Positions 21,502 through 35,631 of a stretch of 64,000 bases of DNA are shown here, piece after piece (within the stretch, counting starts at the first letter, position 1; each line of letters begins with the position of its first letter). This DNA is from Hydrurus foetidus (taxonomy: Eukaryota). Where the stretch lies: the NCBI GenBank assembly GCA_900617105.1, contig UYFQ01000134.1, positions 1-64,000 of the forward strand, read 5' to 3'. The translations under genes were made by a program, and so were the position numbers. The notes under the pieces are model-generated. The model searched no databases and had not been told where the DNA came from. It saw only the letters and a list, made by a program, of their open reading frames with translations.

Positions 21502-24500
21502 ATGGCGAGTTATGGAGCAGCCGAAATTATTGCCGCTAGGGTGGCGATTAAATTCTTGCTGCCTAATGGTATCACAGGTTCCCTAATTGGGTCTGCCGGA
21601 GCCGCCATCAAAGAACTTGTAAGTTTCACTCGGCTATTGATTTTGATGTTGATAGCAGTATGACGGAAGTATTAAGGAAGAAGAATGTATCTCTTGTTTC
21701 TCTGCCCCTCTTCAACTTGCCATCGTAGAGCTTTTAAACTTTGCTGATTGCAGCAATGACCCACAGCGGTACAATTTTGCGTGGCGTCAATTAATGCGAG
21801 TTTATTTACCACAGTAGTTGTCATCTTATCGTACTCCTAACCGCATACAGATGGAAATAACTGGTGCAAGACTTCATGTGTCAGGCTCAGATGAAGTCTA
21901 CCCCGGTACAAACGACAGGATTGTTTTGATATCGGGATCTGAGGGCAGCGTATCTTTAGCACAGTCTCTTATCTGGCACCTGCTAGCCCAGAATTTTAGG
22001 GCGATCGAGGCGGTAAGGATTATATCGCTTCATTGAGCACTGCATAACAAGCACGATGGTAATCTGCAACTATGGCTAATTCTTAGGGAGAGAGGAGCGA
22101 AACGTGGGTGCCCAAGAAAGCCCATATCGAGAGTGAAGAAAGGGAGCAGGTACAAGAAAAGAGAACACTCATAGACGTGATTTGCTCACATCAGAATTCA
22201 TAGCAACGTTATTAAGTTCCCATCACCAGCAGCATACGTGGCTGAGTACGGATTCCGTGCTTCTCAAGTCAGTGAGATAATTTTTTTTCTTGTTTAGTGG
22301 GTTCGTGCGACTGGTTCCGTGTGTCTTTCGGTACATTAGATTCTTGTTGCACATCAATTGTGTCGCATCACATTAGGATGTTCTTTGCCAACATTAGGAA
22401 TGTTCTTTGCCAACATTAGGAATGTTCTTCATCACTATCTTCAACTCACAATATCTCACCAAATTACATTTCAAAACAAATTTAGTTCATGGTATGACAC
22501 GTAACGACAATTTGAATAAACATGATGCAGGACGACTCGTTAGTCAACGCCAAGGTCTCCATACCGGCTGCTGCGGGTGGACTGATATTAGGTATTTATT
22601 TTTAATGCCAACAAACATTTCTATGATCAATAATTCATCTTGATCCCACGCATTTCACTTCGTCACGACTGCTGATGATACCGCGCTGATTTATCTGTCT
22701 AATCCATAATTCATCCATGACCAAATGACCATACAACATTCTAATGACCACATAACGTTTTGACCGATCGACAACTTAACTCAACACAACATATTCCCAA
22801 CATCATAGGTCGTGGCGGCACGACGATACGAACAATCGCAGAAGAGAGTGGAGCAAAGATAAGTATGACCTCGAAGGACGAGTCGATATTTACACAGGAG
22901 AGAATACTGAGCATCTCCGGGTCGAAGGCCAATTGCGTGAAGTGCCTCTCCATGGTAGTGTCCAAGCTTGCTAGTGACCCGGAGCTGTCTCAGTTCGCCA
23001 ACAAGGGCACTTCATTCAGCACCACCCAGGGGTTCGATCCAAGGTCCAGTGCGGGGGGTCGGGGGGGAAGGGGGGGCCGGTCCAAGGGCAGTCTCAACTC
23101 CAACTCCCGCTCTGGCAGTCTAGGTGAGTGAGTGCATATATCTTAGTCTTTACTTGTGTTCAATTGTTACGTTTCACGAAGAGCGTCCTGCTGATTTTTT
23201 ATCTTATGAATGCTTGTGCTCTTGTCTTGTAATTGCAATGCCTAGCTAACTGCAAGTTCTCTGCAACATCTCTTACGTGTCGTAGCTGTAGCATGCACTG
23301 ATTCACTGGCATGTCTTCCAGCTCTCCATCGATGCATACGTCATCGTAAGTGAAGAAGAGTACTGGGTGCTAATATCATCTAACCGACTCCGCCCCACCT
23401 TCCCTCTCCTCCCCTCTATCTCCCTCTCCCTCATTCTTCTTCCCCCGACTCCTCCTTTCATCTCTACCCAACAGACGGTAGAGACTCTGCAGTAGAGGGG
23501 GTGTCGGGCAGCACCACCATTTCCCTCGCCGTGCCAGAAGGGCTGGTCGGGAATATTCTCGGCAAAAATGTGAGTACGCACTGATGACAATGAATGGAGA
23601 ATATAGTCGTATTTTACAGAAACAGTTTCAATCTAGCTCAAGCTTGCATTCAGTCTGTTTTTCGGACGGTCCATTCTGCTTTGGTAATGCGCCACTTGTG
23701 GGACTGACTATTGAGAGCTACGTGCACAGTACGTGCGTGCACTTTCGCTTGATGTAATGTTCTGTGTGTGACATAATTTCAAGGGGTGAAATGGGTTGAG
23801 TCGAGTCGCACTGCTTGGAATGCGACCAACTTTACATCTTCCAGCATGTCTGTTGACATACGCAACGTAATCACTAAGCAGGAACATCTGTGAAGAAAAT
23901 TTCAAAAAGTAAAGTGATCATATACCCCTCTCTTCGAAAGCACTTCCTAACTACTTTACAAACTCCACCTTGTCGCTTCTTAGGGCTCTGTTATCCGTGA
24001 AATCAATAGTTTATCCGGCGCGAAAGTAACGGTTTCTCCCAGGTACGACGTTAAGGAATATTCTGTCATAGCAATTACTCTTTGAATGTCCGTGATTTCC
24101 ATCACCACGTCTGCTCTCACATGCGTCACATCACATCTCTAAAGCATTCTTCTTCATTCTCCTTCCCCCTCCCAACCCGTACACACATCCACACACACAC
24201 ATGCTCACACACACTTGTCAATACACATAGGGGTGAGTACTTGGAGGGGACCACGAATCGCTTAGTAACTATCACCGGCACGCCTGAGTGTGCCAACACC
24301 GCGCACCACTTTGTGACGCAGAAACTCCACCAGGTGCGACTGACTGATCTCATCTGATCTGACAGCAAATGAGTTAAGCACTCTGCGCAGTCTGCATCTA
24401 CCACATCTTTGATCTCTCCGAGAACCTTTATTTTCTCAATTATTGGGATCGCCACTCTGTTTCTTCAGCTCTCGTCGCGTCCTTTCTAGCTTTGTTTTCC

Positions 24501-24802
24501 TATTATTCCCTTGCCACCGTCACTTCATTTCTCACTCCTCTTCTATTTCTGTCAGTCTCTCCCCCTCTCTTCAGCATTCCTCCCACCTAACATTCTGCAC
24601 CTTCGCTCCTCATCTGTGTCTATCAGTAGCTTTTTCCAACAGTTTAGATTCTTCCCTTACCCATCACCGTTTTCTTTTGAATTAATGGCAGGTGTCTACT
24701 GCCAGGCCTGGGAGAAAGCAGAAGGACACCTCTAAAGCAGCTGACGGGGAAGATGACAATGCAGACGATGACGATGACGACGAAGATGGGCACGATAAGT
24801 GA
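21502..24802 (+). CDS. Three-KH-domain RNA-binding protein (NOVA/PCBP/BTR1-like), ~9 exons
   Basis: GSLIGSAG, GLILGRGG and GNILGKNG loops, DEVYPGTNDR and EYLEGTTNRLVTITG motifs, joined by GT-AG introns. Acidic tail ends with TGA at 24800-24802. An alternative in-frame ATG is at 21406. Confidence 0.88.
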
Positions 24803-24961
24803 GGCAGTTGTAGTCTCTCTATCAAACCCCTCCCGACCCGTCCTGTCTCGGCCCGGCCTCCCCATTCTCTTTCCGCTCAACGGAGCTGGCAGCGTCAGCG
24901 GATAGTCCCGCTGCGTGTAGAATTGCTGAGATCGAGCATGCATCACGGCACATAAGCGAAT

Positions 24962-24988
24962 CACACACACACACACACACACACACAC
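24962..24988. repeat. (CA)n microsatellite
   Basis: About 13 CA units downstream of the KH gene stop. Confidence 0.9.
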
Positions 24989-26627
24989 GACACATAATAT
25001 TGAACACTTCGGAATACATACTGGGAAAACATTCCATCACTTCACATCAAACAAACCAAACCAAACGACCCAATTTTAAAACCACTCTAATTTCGACATC
25101 TTATAATTATTTCGCGCGATGCCATACCACACAACACTACATCCAACAACACCACACAACAACCAACAACACTACACGACACATTGCACACACAACATAA
25201 CACAATACAACGCTTTTGCCTGACTGCCGTGCCAAACCACTCCTCTCACCTCACATCATTGAATTACGATGGCGCCTTCATCGATAGGCAGAAATGACTT
25301 GACTTGACCTGACTGGGTCTTCTGACCCCTCCCTGGCCCATCCTCCCATCGATACCCACCACTGACTGCACAAATAATAGTCTCTCCACTCCCCTCCTTC
25401 TCCACTCCATCCCACTTCACTACACTACACTCCCCCTCTCTTCTTTCCCTTCCCTTCCCCTCTTCTCATTCTCGCTGCCATCAGATTGAAGCCAGTTAAG
25501 ACCTTCACCGTGACAGCTTACTCCCTAATATAACTCTACACTATCCGGTACTATGCGAGGGACTCAGTTCTTGCTCTTGCTGTGCATCGGCATTGGCGCG
25601 TATATTTTCTGTCGTTGCCGAGTAGTTTAGTGGATCTACGCCCTGTGCGTGTGTTAGTGTCATGGGCCGCGACAATCCAATCCAGTATCATTAAATTAAA
25701 TGGACGTATTGAGTACTTTCCTTCTGTAGGCCTTCCATCCATTTATTTCGTTACTTTACTTTTCATCCGCCACTATCATTTCGATACTACCTGGGCATTA
25801 TTTTGTAATCTCCGTAGCCACCCATTATTCTCGAAACTTTTCTTTTCAAAGCCTTTAGAATGAGACCATTTCCATTTTACATGAGAAGGACGACATTGTG
25901 AAGCGTGAAAATCTCGTGCTTGGGAATGAGCTGTGGTGCGGTCAGACAAATGTCTGTAGGTGTCTGGTTCAATTGCTGAAGAGCGCTTTTGAGAATCATT
26001 TTACCGGCTCTACCGTAATGTCATGACTATTGATCGGAGGAAAACTCTCTCCAGTAATACCTACTTCAAAGGAATGTTATTGTCATTTAAGCAAAATGGG
26101 TTGAAATGAAGCTGATCGTATGGGGGTGAAGGAGTTTCGGGTCAGGCTTCTGAATTATAATCATCCAAGTTTGCACAGATCGATTCCGTCTTCTTTGCCC
26201 ATCGGTAATCAATAATCACAATCCGATCCCTACCTATGACAGGTTTGCTGCACGATACGCGGGATGTAACTGAAACTGCGCCTCGCGTCCGGACAAGAAG
26301 AAAGCGGTACAAATGCAAACTGGTGGATGTTCCACCTTAAAAACCGTTGCTTACGGCACGAGTTGTTCAGGATCTGGGATTTCGTAAAATCACCCTATGG
26401 GGCGGAAAATACGCGGATTTTTCCAGAACAACTCAAAAACTCAGAACACTTCAACACTTCTGGGAGTTTTAGGTTTTTTTCTCAGAACTCAGACCGTAAC
26501 AGTCGAAACATACAAAATAAAAAATCCTCAAAACACGGGTTTTCCGAAAATCCTCGGCCCTTTTGGACCCAAGACCTCGTGTTTTTTTGGATTCCTCGTT
26601 TTGAATTCCTCGATCCGAGCAAGGGGG

Positions 26628-26635
26628 TATAAAAG
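26628..26635 (+). promoter_or_regulatory. TATA box (TATAAAAG) inside the left TIR
   Basis: Consensus TATA in a G-rich context, about 220 bp upstream of ORF 26852. Promoter function is inferred. Confidence 0.5.
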
Positions 26636-26851
26636 GAGAGGGGGCGGTTTCGATCGATCCCGCCACTCACTCATTTTCTCACACCACCCTCACCTGTTTT
26701 TTTGAAAAGGCAAATACCAGAAGTGATAGATAGCCATGGACTCCGGAAGTTTCATCACCTCGACGCACAATGCATGCACCATCATGCAACTTGCACTATC
26801 ATGCACTACTCATCAAGCTACATTCCTTCTGTAACTATCACCTAGGATATC

Positions 26852-28354
26852 ATGTCATCGATTGAGTTAACCTATGAAGTCTATCTTCAGCCGAATGGAA
26901 TATTTACCGAAACGATCGACAACTTTTTTGACTGTGAGGTTTTTTTTCTGCAGCACTCTAGCTTGCACGTCAAATTCTTTAAAGACTGCATGACAGATGA
27001 TGCGTCAGCCGATTTCGTACAAAAGTGTCTTTTTCAACTGGCTGAGGGATACCACAATTCCTACAAACTACGAGTATCTGCAACCAGCGGTGGACTCGAA
27101 AATAGAATTCGAAACGGAAAATTGATGATAGCTGAGTTCGAAGCTGATAGACATAAAAACAGGGCTGCTGCAGAGAAAAAGTTCAACGGATTTCAATCTA
27201 TTAGATCATTATTTTACAACGAGGCGAATGAGGTTGAAGGATTAGATTCTTACTCCGATATCACATTGATTTTTCTATATCTAGAGGATTTTCTGTACAA
27301 GAACTACTGGCAATGGCACCATTTTAGCAAGGGACTACATGTTGACAATTTTATCAAGGAAAGACCTACTGATTCCTCGTACCCATTTTCTCCTACTCTT
27401 CTCCACAAACTCTATGATATAAGTGGCTATCTCTGTGGACATCGGTTGTACAATCTTTTCAGTTATAACCATCTCAGACCAGCCTACACTGCTACCTTCA
27501 AAGAATATCATAAATCTAATAGACTGGCTAATGGAAGTGATGGTATTAGTTTAAATCTACCTGCGGAGTGTACTCTATTTCGAGAGCACTCCCAAGGACT
27601 CTACTATTGCAAATCCGACACATTTGAATTCATCAAGATAATACAAGCTATCTGGATGCAATCACTATCTACTGATGTCTTAATCATCTTCAACTCGTAT
27701 AATCCAGTACAGCGTGTCCATCAAGTTATTCTCAGTTCGAGTAAAGTTCAAGGAGCTTTTAAAAAATCATGTCATACGTTGCAGGAAATTTTTTTTGATG
27801 GCATTGATCTTGCAACAGATGAAAGTGCTATATCATACCTTTTTCAATTTCTTGTACAGGGTTTTATTCGAGTATACGCAAAAGACATTTATCAGTTGAG
27901 ATTGTCCAACGCGCTTCTATCGAAGACTGGGGCCTCCGGTATCCGGACCAACCTACTCTCAATTAGCGCAGCTTCTGAAAAAAAGAAGGATTTGAAGGCA
28001 ACCGCAGTTAGTGCACCATATATTCAAAATTCTGATGAGTCGTCTTTCGCATTACGATGTTCATGTGGTAAACAGTATAAGAACGATAGCTGGTTTCGTC
28101 GTCATGTATCATCATGTGCAGTACATATACATTGTACTACAATGACTGGTTGTGATCCTCCTGCTGTCAATATCAACACTGATGCTGTCATAATTGATAA
28201 CTTAATTGAGCTAGAAGGCATCGATGAATTAGGTGATTATACTGATCATGGTAATTATGGGAAGATACCAGACCTTGAAAGAGAAAGCGAAAATGATGAG
28301 AACGAATTTTACTCTAATTTTTGTAGCCACATAGTCGATAATGAAACCGATTGA
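26852..28354 (+). CDS. P-element accessory protein: P-transposase C-terminal-like domain plus a C2H2-like zinc finger
   Basis: Intact 500-aa intronless ORF. LYDISGY...REHSQGLYYC...FEF resembles the LYYIAGY...GGL..PS..F C-terminal region of P/THAP9-type transposases. Zinc finger CSCGKQYKNDSWFRRH. Confidence 0.6.
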   Translation: MSSIELTYEVYLQPNGIFTETIDNFFDCEVFFLQHSSLHVKFFKDCMTDDASADFVQKCLFQLAEGYHNSYKLRVSATSGGLENRIRNGKLMIAEFEADRHKNRAAAEKKFNGFQSIRSLFYNEANEVEGLDSYSDITLIFLYLEDFLYKNYWQWHHFSKGLHVDNFIKERPTDSSYPFSPTLLHKLYDISGYLCGHRLYNLFSYNHLRPAYTATFKEYHKSNRLANGSDGISLNLPAECTLFREHSQGLYYCKSDTFEFIKIIQAIWMQSLSTDVLIIFNSYNPVQRVHQVILSSSKVQGAFKKSCHTLQEIFFDGIDLATDESAISYLFQFLVQGFIRVYAKDIYQLRLSNALLSKTGASGIRTNLLSISAASEKKKDLKATAVSAPYIQNSDESSFALRCSCGKQYKNDSWFRRHVSSCAVHIHCTTMTGCDPPAVNINTDAVIIDNLIELEGIDELGDYTDHGNYGKIPDLERESENDENEFYSNFCSHIVDNETD

Positions 28355-30347
28355 TCGTTTGTAAATAAAAAAATCATTTTTTTGGCAAAAAGATACATTT
28401 TTTTTTATGAGAGCAAAATACTAATCAACAAATTATAAATAAGATACAATAAAATTATTTCCCAAGATAAACCGTTATTTTAAGGTAAAATATTTATAAA
28501 TGTGTTATGAGTTAAAGTTGAAATATATTCAGTCATAAAATGTAATCTTTGACAGTCCATTAGATATGACCCATTCATATGGTCTATTTCTTTTGTAAAT
28601 TTTAGTTTTAAAAGATGCCGAATTATCTCGAATTTTTTTGCATATTCAATACAGTCACTTTCTACATTATCATTGTTGAATGCAATTTCACTAATACAAC
28701 CTCCTGCGTTTCGTTTTTTAGCTACACGCATATTTGATTTTACTTCTTTGATCATATTGACTTCAACAATGGCATTAAAAGTACTAACGTGATCAAGGCG
28801 TGCATGTCCAATTGCTAGTCTAATTCTTGAGAAAGCATTTTCAACAAGATCTTGACTAATGCGGCGAGGTAATAGGAAAAAGTGCTCACCAATGATATTG
28901 TTCATATTGCAGTAATAATTTGTGAGTGCTATAATACTAAGTGTCATCGAAAGGCAATCTTCGCACGCTTCAGATGTAAAGAAACCACACATTGCTTGAT
29001 AAGCAGTATGGACAAGTGGAAGTTTAGCCTTTTGACTAGTAATAGCTTCGTCTTTCCAATTATCAAACCATACATAAAAGGATTTTAGATAATCATGATT
29101 TTGTGAATAGTTTGTAGTGTTAAGTCTGTTTTCAGTTGAGTTAAGAATTTCAAATAAACCAGAAAATTGTACACAGACTTCTCGCCATCCTAAATAATCA
29201 TCAGCATTTTAATAGAATTCGAAAGGATTACATCGACCAGTATTATTTGGATCAACATGAAATTCATGGTATTTCTGTTGATACAGTAAAGCCATATCAA
29301 TTACATCTATCATCTTAGGTCCTAATACCTTAATACATGGGCCTACTCTCATAGATTGGAATGAATTTTTAATGAAATCAATTGTTTTAAAACTTGGAAA
29401 TCTATTTAATCCTGAGTTGTCATTAAATGAAATCCACAGACTAAACATTGATGTCAAGGATAAAAGACAATCTTTTCCATCAACAGACTTATGTATACAA
29501 CGGTTCTTACTTGACAAACTAGAAACAATCTTTTTCACAACATGAGAGGGGTCAGATATATAGTAAATTGGTTTTTTAGTAATAGGATGATTCATGTGTA
29601 AATCCTTTTTGTCTCCATCAATAAAATATTTCTTTTGAAAAGATCTATTACACTGTGCACCATCACCAATAATAGCTATGATATTGAAGTAAAATGTGTG
29701 AGTTGCGATAAGAACTTGCCTCACTATATTAAAAATCTCTATCGATGATAGTGAGGGATTGAAGCTCTGGAAAACACAGTAATCAAGTTGCGTTCCAGCC
29801 AGGCTGACCATTCTAACCTGTTGCAATTTAAATTTAATTCAGTCGTCAATCAAGTTGGAATAAAAACGTAACATTGAAGTCAAAATGAAATAAAATTTTA
29901 ATTTTTACAATACCTGCGTCAGTCCCGTTGCAGAATGACCTTTCAACTTTTCGGCTGTGTTATCGAAGTACTTCTTATTGCTTCAGTTTTCCTCCTCGGG
30001 AGAATCTGATTTCATTCCGTAAAAATCGGTATATATTTCGGCTTTGATTCCATGAGCCGCAACCTCTGATAATCCAAATACTTTGTTTCTGGATACGGAA
30101 TACATGATACCATTGGTTATCATCATTTCGTCCATTAAAAAAGCACAGTGCTCTCTGCTACCATCAGCATTACTTATTGCATGCTTGGCTGCAAGAATAA
30201 GATTGTTTATCTGAATTCCGCTTTCGCAATTGAAATTCGATTTGTACCTATCAAGAGCAATTAGAATGCTTATTACTAAATCTTTCTTGTAGGGGATAAG
30301 AACTAAAATGAATTTATGAAAATATTACCTTGTTAAAGTACACCAAG

Positions 30348-30610
30348 TGTAGCCTTATTGCATCCCTAGGTGGATACAATGTGTCTAGGTAACTAGGTAC
30401 AATAGGTACAATACGCCCAGATTCCAGTTTTGGGTCTTAGTTCTACATAGAACTCCCGCCTTGTTAGGAGACTGTACATCACCTATCCTTTAACTGTAAA
30501 CTATAATCACAACGTTATCCTAACAACGTCGCTTTCCTTCGTCCCTCCGTGTCCCGCCCTCTGTCCTACCAACTTCGGTGCCATCGTCCTAGGTCCCGAT
30601 CAGAGCCATA
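30348..30610 (+). repeat. 5' LTR of Gypsy-2
   Basis: TGTAGCC...GCCATA, direct repeat of 35815-36077. Confidence 0.95.
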
Positions 30611-30739
30611 ATATCGATATTTGGTCATTCACCAAAGTTACTTCCATCAAAGTTTCGTCAAAGTTCAATCCGAGAAATTTTTTTCTCCTCCCTCTTTCCA
30701 TCCGTCTCCTCCTCCAACTTTACCCGCAACGCCAACATT

Positions 30740-33700
30740 ATGGCAGTACGACGCCAGGAGAAGAAGACTAGCTCCATCAACGCCCTCCGACGACAGCAGC
30801 CTCGAGCTGTGGCCGTCGCTTTCCGCCAACGTCATGATGAGCATAACCAACGACGAGCAGATGCAGATTTTCCTGGGTCACCTGCGACTCAGGACCCCGC
30901 CGGCGACCTGTCTGCACCGATTCCTCAGCGGAATTCGGAGCCTGCGGTCATGTCTGCCATTGATGTCCCTGTCATTTCTGCATTGAACGCTTTGTCGTTA
31001 CAACCAGCTTCGGCTGCGACACCAGCTTCGGCTGCGACACCAGCTTCAGCTGAGAATCCTATTCCAAGGACGATGGCACCACCCCAGCAATATGTGCAAA
31101 CGGGTGAGAGAGCTCCTAAGTTGAGCGCCGTGCCCTCTCGTCAGGAAGTACTACGGGTAATGGAAGTTCTCCTTTCAAATGGAACTCCATTTAAACCAGT
31201 TGACGTAGTCCATGTTTCCAACCATCAATCGTTTACAACGCTTCTCAAGCGTAAGTTTGCGACCGATCCCGATCGTCGCGACTCCTGTAACAATTGGAAA
31301 CATTGGTCGAATCAATTGTTCTGTAGAGAACTCAATCTCACAGTTCCTACATCAGCTGTCAATCGAACTGACAAGCTGAGCTTCATTGAAACTGTTTCTC
31401 AGGTCGCACTTCAATTCGACCTGAAGAATAAATCAGTGGAAGACAAGACAGATCAGCTTTTAGCTGATATTGTTGATGGATTCCCTGATGCAACACCCGC
31501 TCTCCAACTTCAGGCAACCAAAATTCTAATCGATAAGTTGCCTGTCGAACCTATCAATTGGAGAGCAGTGTTACAGCGTAGCCTTAACAATACAACGCCA
31601 AGACTCATTACAATCGAAGACTTCCGATTCGTATGGCTTGCGCAGCTTGCTAAGCTACGAGAATCAATTGATGCCTTACGGTTCATTGATGTCTCTCCTT
31701 TGTATGGTGATAACTCTCGCCAAATCAAAGCTCCTGCTCGTTCCTCTCAGGACAAAATCAAAAAACGTCCACGAGAGGACGAGCAATCTGTGCAGTCAGA
31801 CAAGTCTGACAAATTCGAAAGACCTCTGTGCACAGGTTGTGGGAGATTAGGCCATTTCGTCGCCACGTGTTTCTACACTATGTCTCCGTACTATAATAGT
31901 ACTCAGACACCCTACATTAACTCTGAGGGTCATAAGCAGTTGTTGAAAGTCGATTCGAAGGCTAAGTTTATTCCAACTTTACCTAAGCCATCGACCTCTT
32001 CTTCATCGTCTTCCTCTTCCTCCTCTTCCTCTTCGTCAAAACCTGCTACTTCAACAGCAGACTCGACAAACCCAGCGAAGAAACACAAGGGTGAGCAACT
32101 ATGCAATCTAAATTCATCATCTATTCTTTCCGATGATCCAGAACTTATTCCTTTCTTCATATCTCCCCTCTCACAGGAGGTTATTCTGGAAAAAAGTAAT
32201 AGAGTCTTTACTCTCCTGGACACCGGCTCTTTTGCTGGCAATTTCATACATCGCCGCATTTTAACTAACCTCAATTTCACACAATTCGTTTCGAACTCTT
32301 CAGAGAAATTGTGTAAAGTTTGTAGTGGATTAGATAATCATTGTTATGATATTTCTGACACTATAGACTTAACTCTTTCTTATTTTTGCCCTGATTTAAA
32401 TAATCATTATACTTTTCAAATCACGGCTTATGTTTTAAACGATTCAAAATTTGATCTAATAGTGGGACGAAAATCAATTCGCGAATTGAATTTGTTTTCA
32501 CGATTCCCAGATCAGATATCTGCCAATGCTTCATCAAGCACAAGCTCATTAGCGGAAGTTTTATCTTCTGAGCAGGTGGATATAACGTGTGGCTGTCAGC
32601 CTAAGGAGAAGTTGCAACCCTCCGACGGCTCCCCAAAAGTCGATCCTTTAACCCAAAAGGTGAAACCGGCAGTCACCCAAACACACGTTATTCTAGCCTC
32701 ACTAATACAAGAGTCTGAAAGACTTTTTGAGTCTGTGCCCCCTGATGAGGATGAAATCGACGACTCGATCAAGGACTCGTTTTCACCTTGGATAGATGAA
32801 TTTCCTGATACTGACCCACTCTCGCTAATAAACTTAGCAGGTGATGAAGATCAGAAAAATAAACTTCGATTACTAGTACACGAATTCAAGGATATATTTA
32901 GCAGTGAACTTTCGGCCACTCCTGCTGATATTCCACCTTTTGACTTTCATGTCAATGACGACCAATGGAGAGTCCCTAGAAATAGACAACCTCCATGGTC
33001 TAAATCAACAGTTGATCAAGCTGACATTCTTAGTCAGATTAACAAACTTGAAAAACATAATATTGTTGAAAAATCAAACGCGGCTTATTATAGCCAAGTT
33101 TTACTAGTTCCAAAATCTGATGGAACTAAGCGCATGTGTATTGATTTTCGGAATCTCAACAATTGTACCGAAGATAAATCACATCCTATTCCACACATCG
33201 GTGAGATGTTGCGTAGAATAGGTGCACATAAAGCAAAAGTGTTTGCTGTACTTGACCTCACTCAAGGTTATCATCAAGCACCACTTACACTCGCTGCACG
33301 TGCTTATACTGCATTCATACTTTTCTGCGGAGTATATCAATTCACTCGTTTACCCTTTGGGCCAAAACAAGCTCCCTCCTATTTCCAACAGATCATGACG
33401 ACTGTTGTGTTAGCAGGTCTGATATACTCTATATGCGAAATGTACATCGATGATTGCAATGTTTTCGGTAAAGACATTGATGAACTCATTTCTAGACTTC
33501 GTCTTGTTTTTGAACGCTTTAGAAAACACAAAATATTCCTTAAACCGAATAAGTGTTATCTAGGCTATGCCGAAATAGACTATGTTGGCAAAGTTCTATC
33601 TGCGGATGGACTTAGAATGTCACAAGAAAAATACGGACTGTCTTAGATTTTCCTAAACCAGTACTATCTAAACAACTTAAAAGTTTTTTAGGATTGGTTA

Positions 33701-35613
33701 ATTATTTTCACGACTTTGTTAGAAACGCTTCTACTGTTGTATACCCGTTACATCAGTTGCTTCTTAACTATAATAAGTATAAGAAAATAACTTGGACAAT
33801 AGAAGCTCTCAGAGCATTCAATTTGATCAAATCCGAGATTTCTAAATGCACGACTATGCACTTTTTAAGTGACACCGATCCGATTTACTTGCACACTGAT
33901 GCATCGGACTACGGTGTAGGTGCCTATCTTTTCCAGTTAGTTGACGGTCAAGAGACGCCCATAGCATTTGTCAGTAAATCACTTAACAAAGCTCAGCTTC
34001 GTTGGGCTGTTATACAGAAAGAAGCATATGCTATCTTTTATTCGTGCACGTATTTAAAATCGCTATTACGTGATCGTTTGTTTACATTACGAACAGATCA
34101 TCGTAACTTGTTATACATAAAGGATAATTCAAATCCAATGATTGTTCGGTGGTTCATGGCCTTATCCGAATATTCATTTAAGATTGAGTATATACCTGGT
34201 TCTAACAATGATATAGCTGATTCGATGTCTCGACTCTGTCGCAATAACATGGTTGATTTCCCTCAGGAATATACTCCTGATGCAATTATGTCTGCTAATA
34301 TTATTGAGAAATTTAAACTAACACGTGAGCAGTACAATATTATCAGTAAAGTACACAACTCACAAGTTGGACATTTCGGTCTAGAGCGCACTCTAAAGCG
34401 TCTCAAAGACAAAAATGAAATTTGGCAATATATGCGACAGCATGTCAGGTGGTTCATAGATCACTGTTCGTGTTGTCAGAAGATGAGTATGTTAAAGATA
34501 CCAATAAATGCTCATGGCTTCTCGACTTCTACTTACACACCTATGGAATGCCTTAACATAGACTTCATAGGACCGTTTCCAGACGGCGGGTACGTACTCG
34601 TAATTATCGATACGTTCACAAGATGGGTTGAACTGTTTCATACAGAAGATGCTACGGCACTTTCAACAGCTAAATGCCTCTTGCAACATTTCGGTCGTTT
34701 CGGCGCACCTCTCCAACTCCGTTCTGATAATGGGCCACACTTCATTTCCGAAGTTATCAAAGAGTTTCTAACTCTTATTGGCACTCAACATTGTCTTACT
34801 TTAGCATACTCTAAAGAAGAAAATGCTATTGTTGAGCGCATGAATAAAGAAGTTAATAGACATCTTCGTGCATTAACATTCGATAATGTCACACTAGAAG
34901 ATTATAAAACATCACTTCCTTTTGTGCAACGAATTTTAAATTCTAACCACAGTGATCGTTTAAAGATATCAGCTTCTCAACTTCTTTTCGGAAATGTACT
35001 GAAACTCGACAGAGGAATTTTTTTACCTCCTGCTGAGCGAAACGTTACTGATGACAAACCTTTGTCAAAGCGTATGAGCAATCTGCTCAAAACGCAAGAA
35101 AGCCTTCTTAAAGCTTCGGCTAAAGAACTTCTTCGCACAGATTTGCTTCATCAAAGTCAGTCTCAAATCTTTCAACATGTAGAGTATCCAAAAGACTCTT
35201 ATGTCTTGGTGCACTATCGCGATGGATCACCTCCTTCACGTCTTCACACGCATTGGAGAGGTCCATTAAAAGTCGTTAGTGGCGAAAATTCGCGTTACAC
35301 TTTATATGATTTAGTCACTCAGAAAACATCAGAGTTTCATGTTTCTGCCATGAAACCTTTTCTATTTGACTCATCAATCACAAATCCGTTAGATGTTGCA
35401 CGACGTGATCACATGGAATACTTTGTTGAAGATATTCTTGAACATCGTGGTAAACATCAACGCACCCACATAGAGTTTTTAGTCAAATGGTTAAATTACC
35501 CTTCTGACAAAAACACTTGGGAACCTTATTCAAGTCTTCGTGACGTTGTTAAACTTCATGATTATTTGCGTCATAATAATATGACAAATTTAATCAATAA
35601 ACAACATCGTTGA
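30740..35613 (+). CDS. Gag-Pol polyprotein of Gypsy-2 (one frameshift near 33630)
   Basis: CCHC knuckle CTGCGRLGHFVATC, protease LLDTGS, RT YIDD, RNase H TDASD, integrase SDNG/VERMN, chromodomain VKWLNY..TWEP. The break is at an A5 run. Confidence 0.93.
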
Positions 35614-35631
35614 CTTTTATATACATATATC

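Noticed and set aside
22370..22429. 22-bp tandem repeat (~2.6 copies)
   Set aside because: Short intronic slippage duplication with no further structure.
26327..26619. TTAA-bounded Kolobok or piggyBac end upstream of the P-like TIR
   Set aside because: No matching inverted partner found in the window.
30599..30610. ATCAGAGCCA resembling a plant-type tRNA-iMet PBS
   Set aside because: It lies inside both LTRs and lacks the leading TGGT, so it is not a PBS.
33620..33700. Programmed ribosomal frameshift in Gypsy-2
   Set aside because: The break is inside the RT region rather than at the gag/pol boundary, and one extra A restores the frame.
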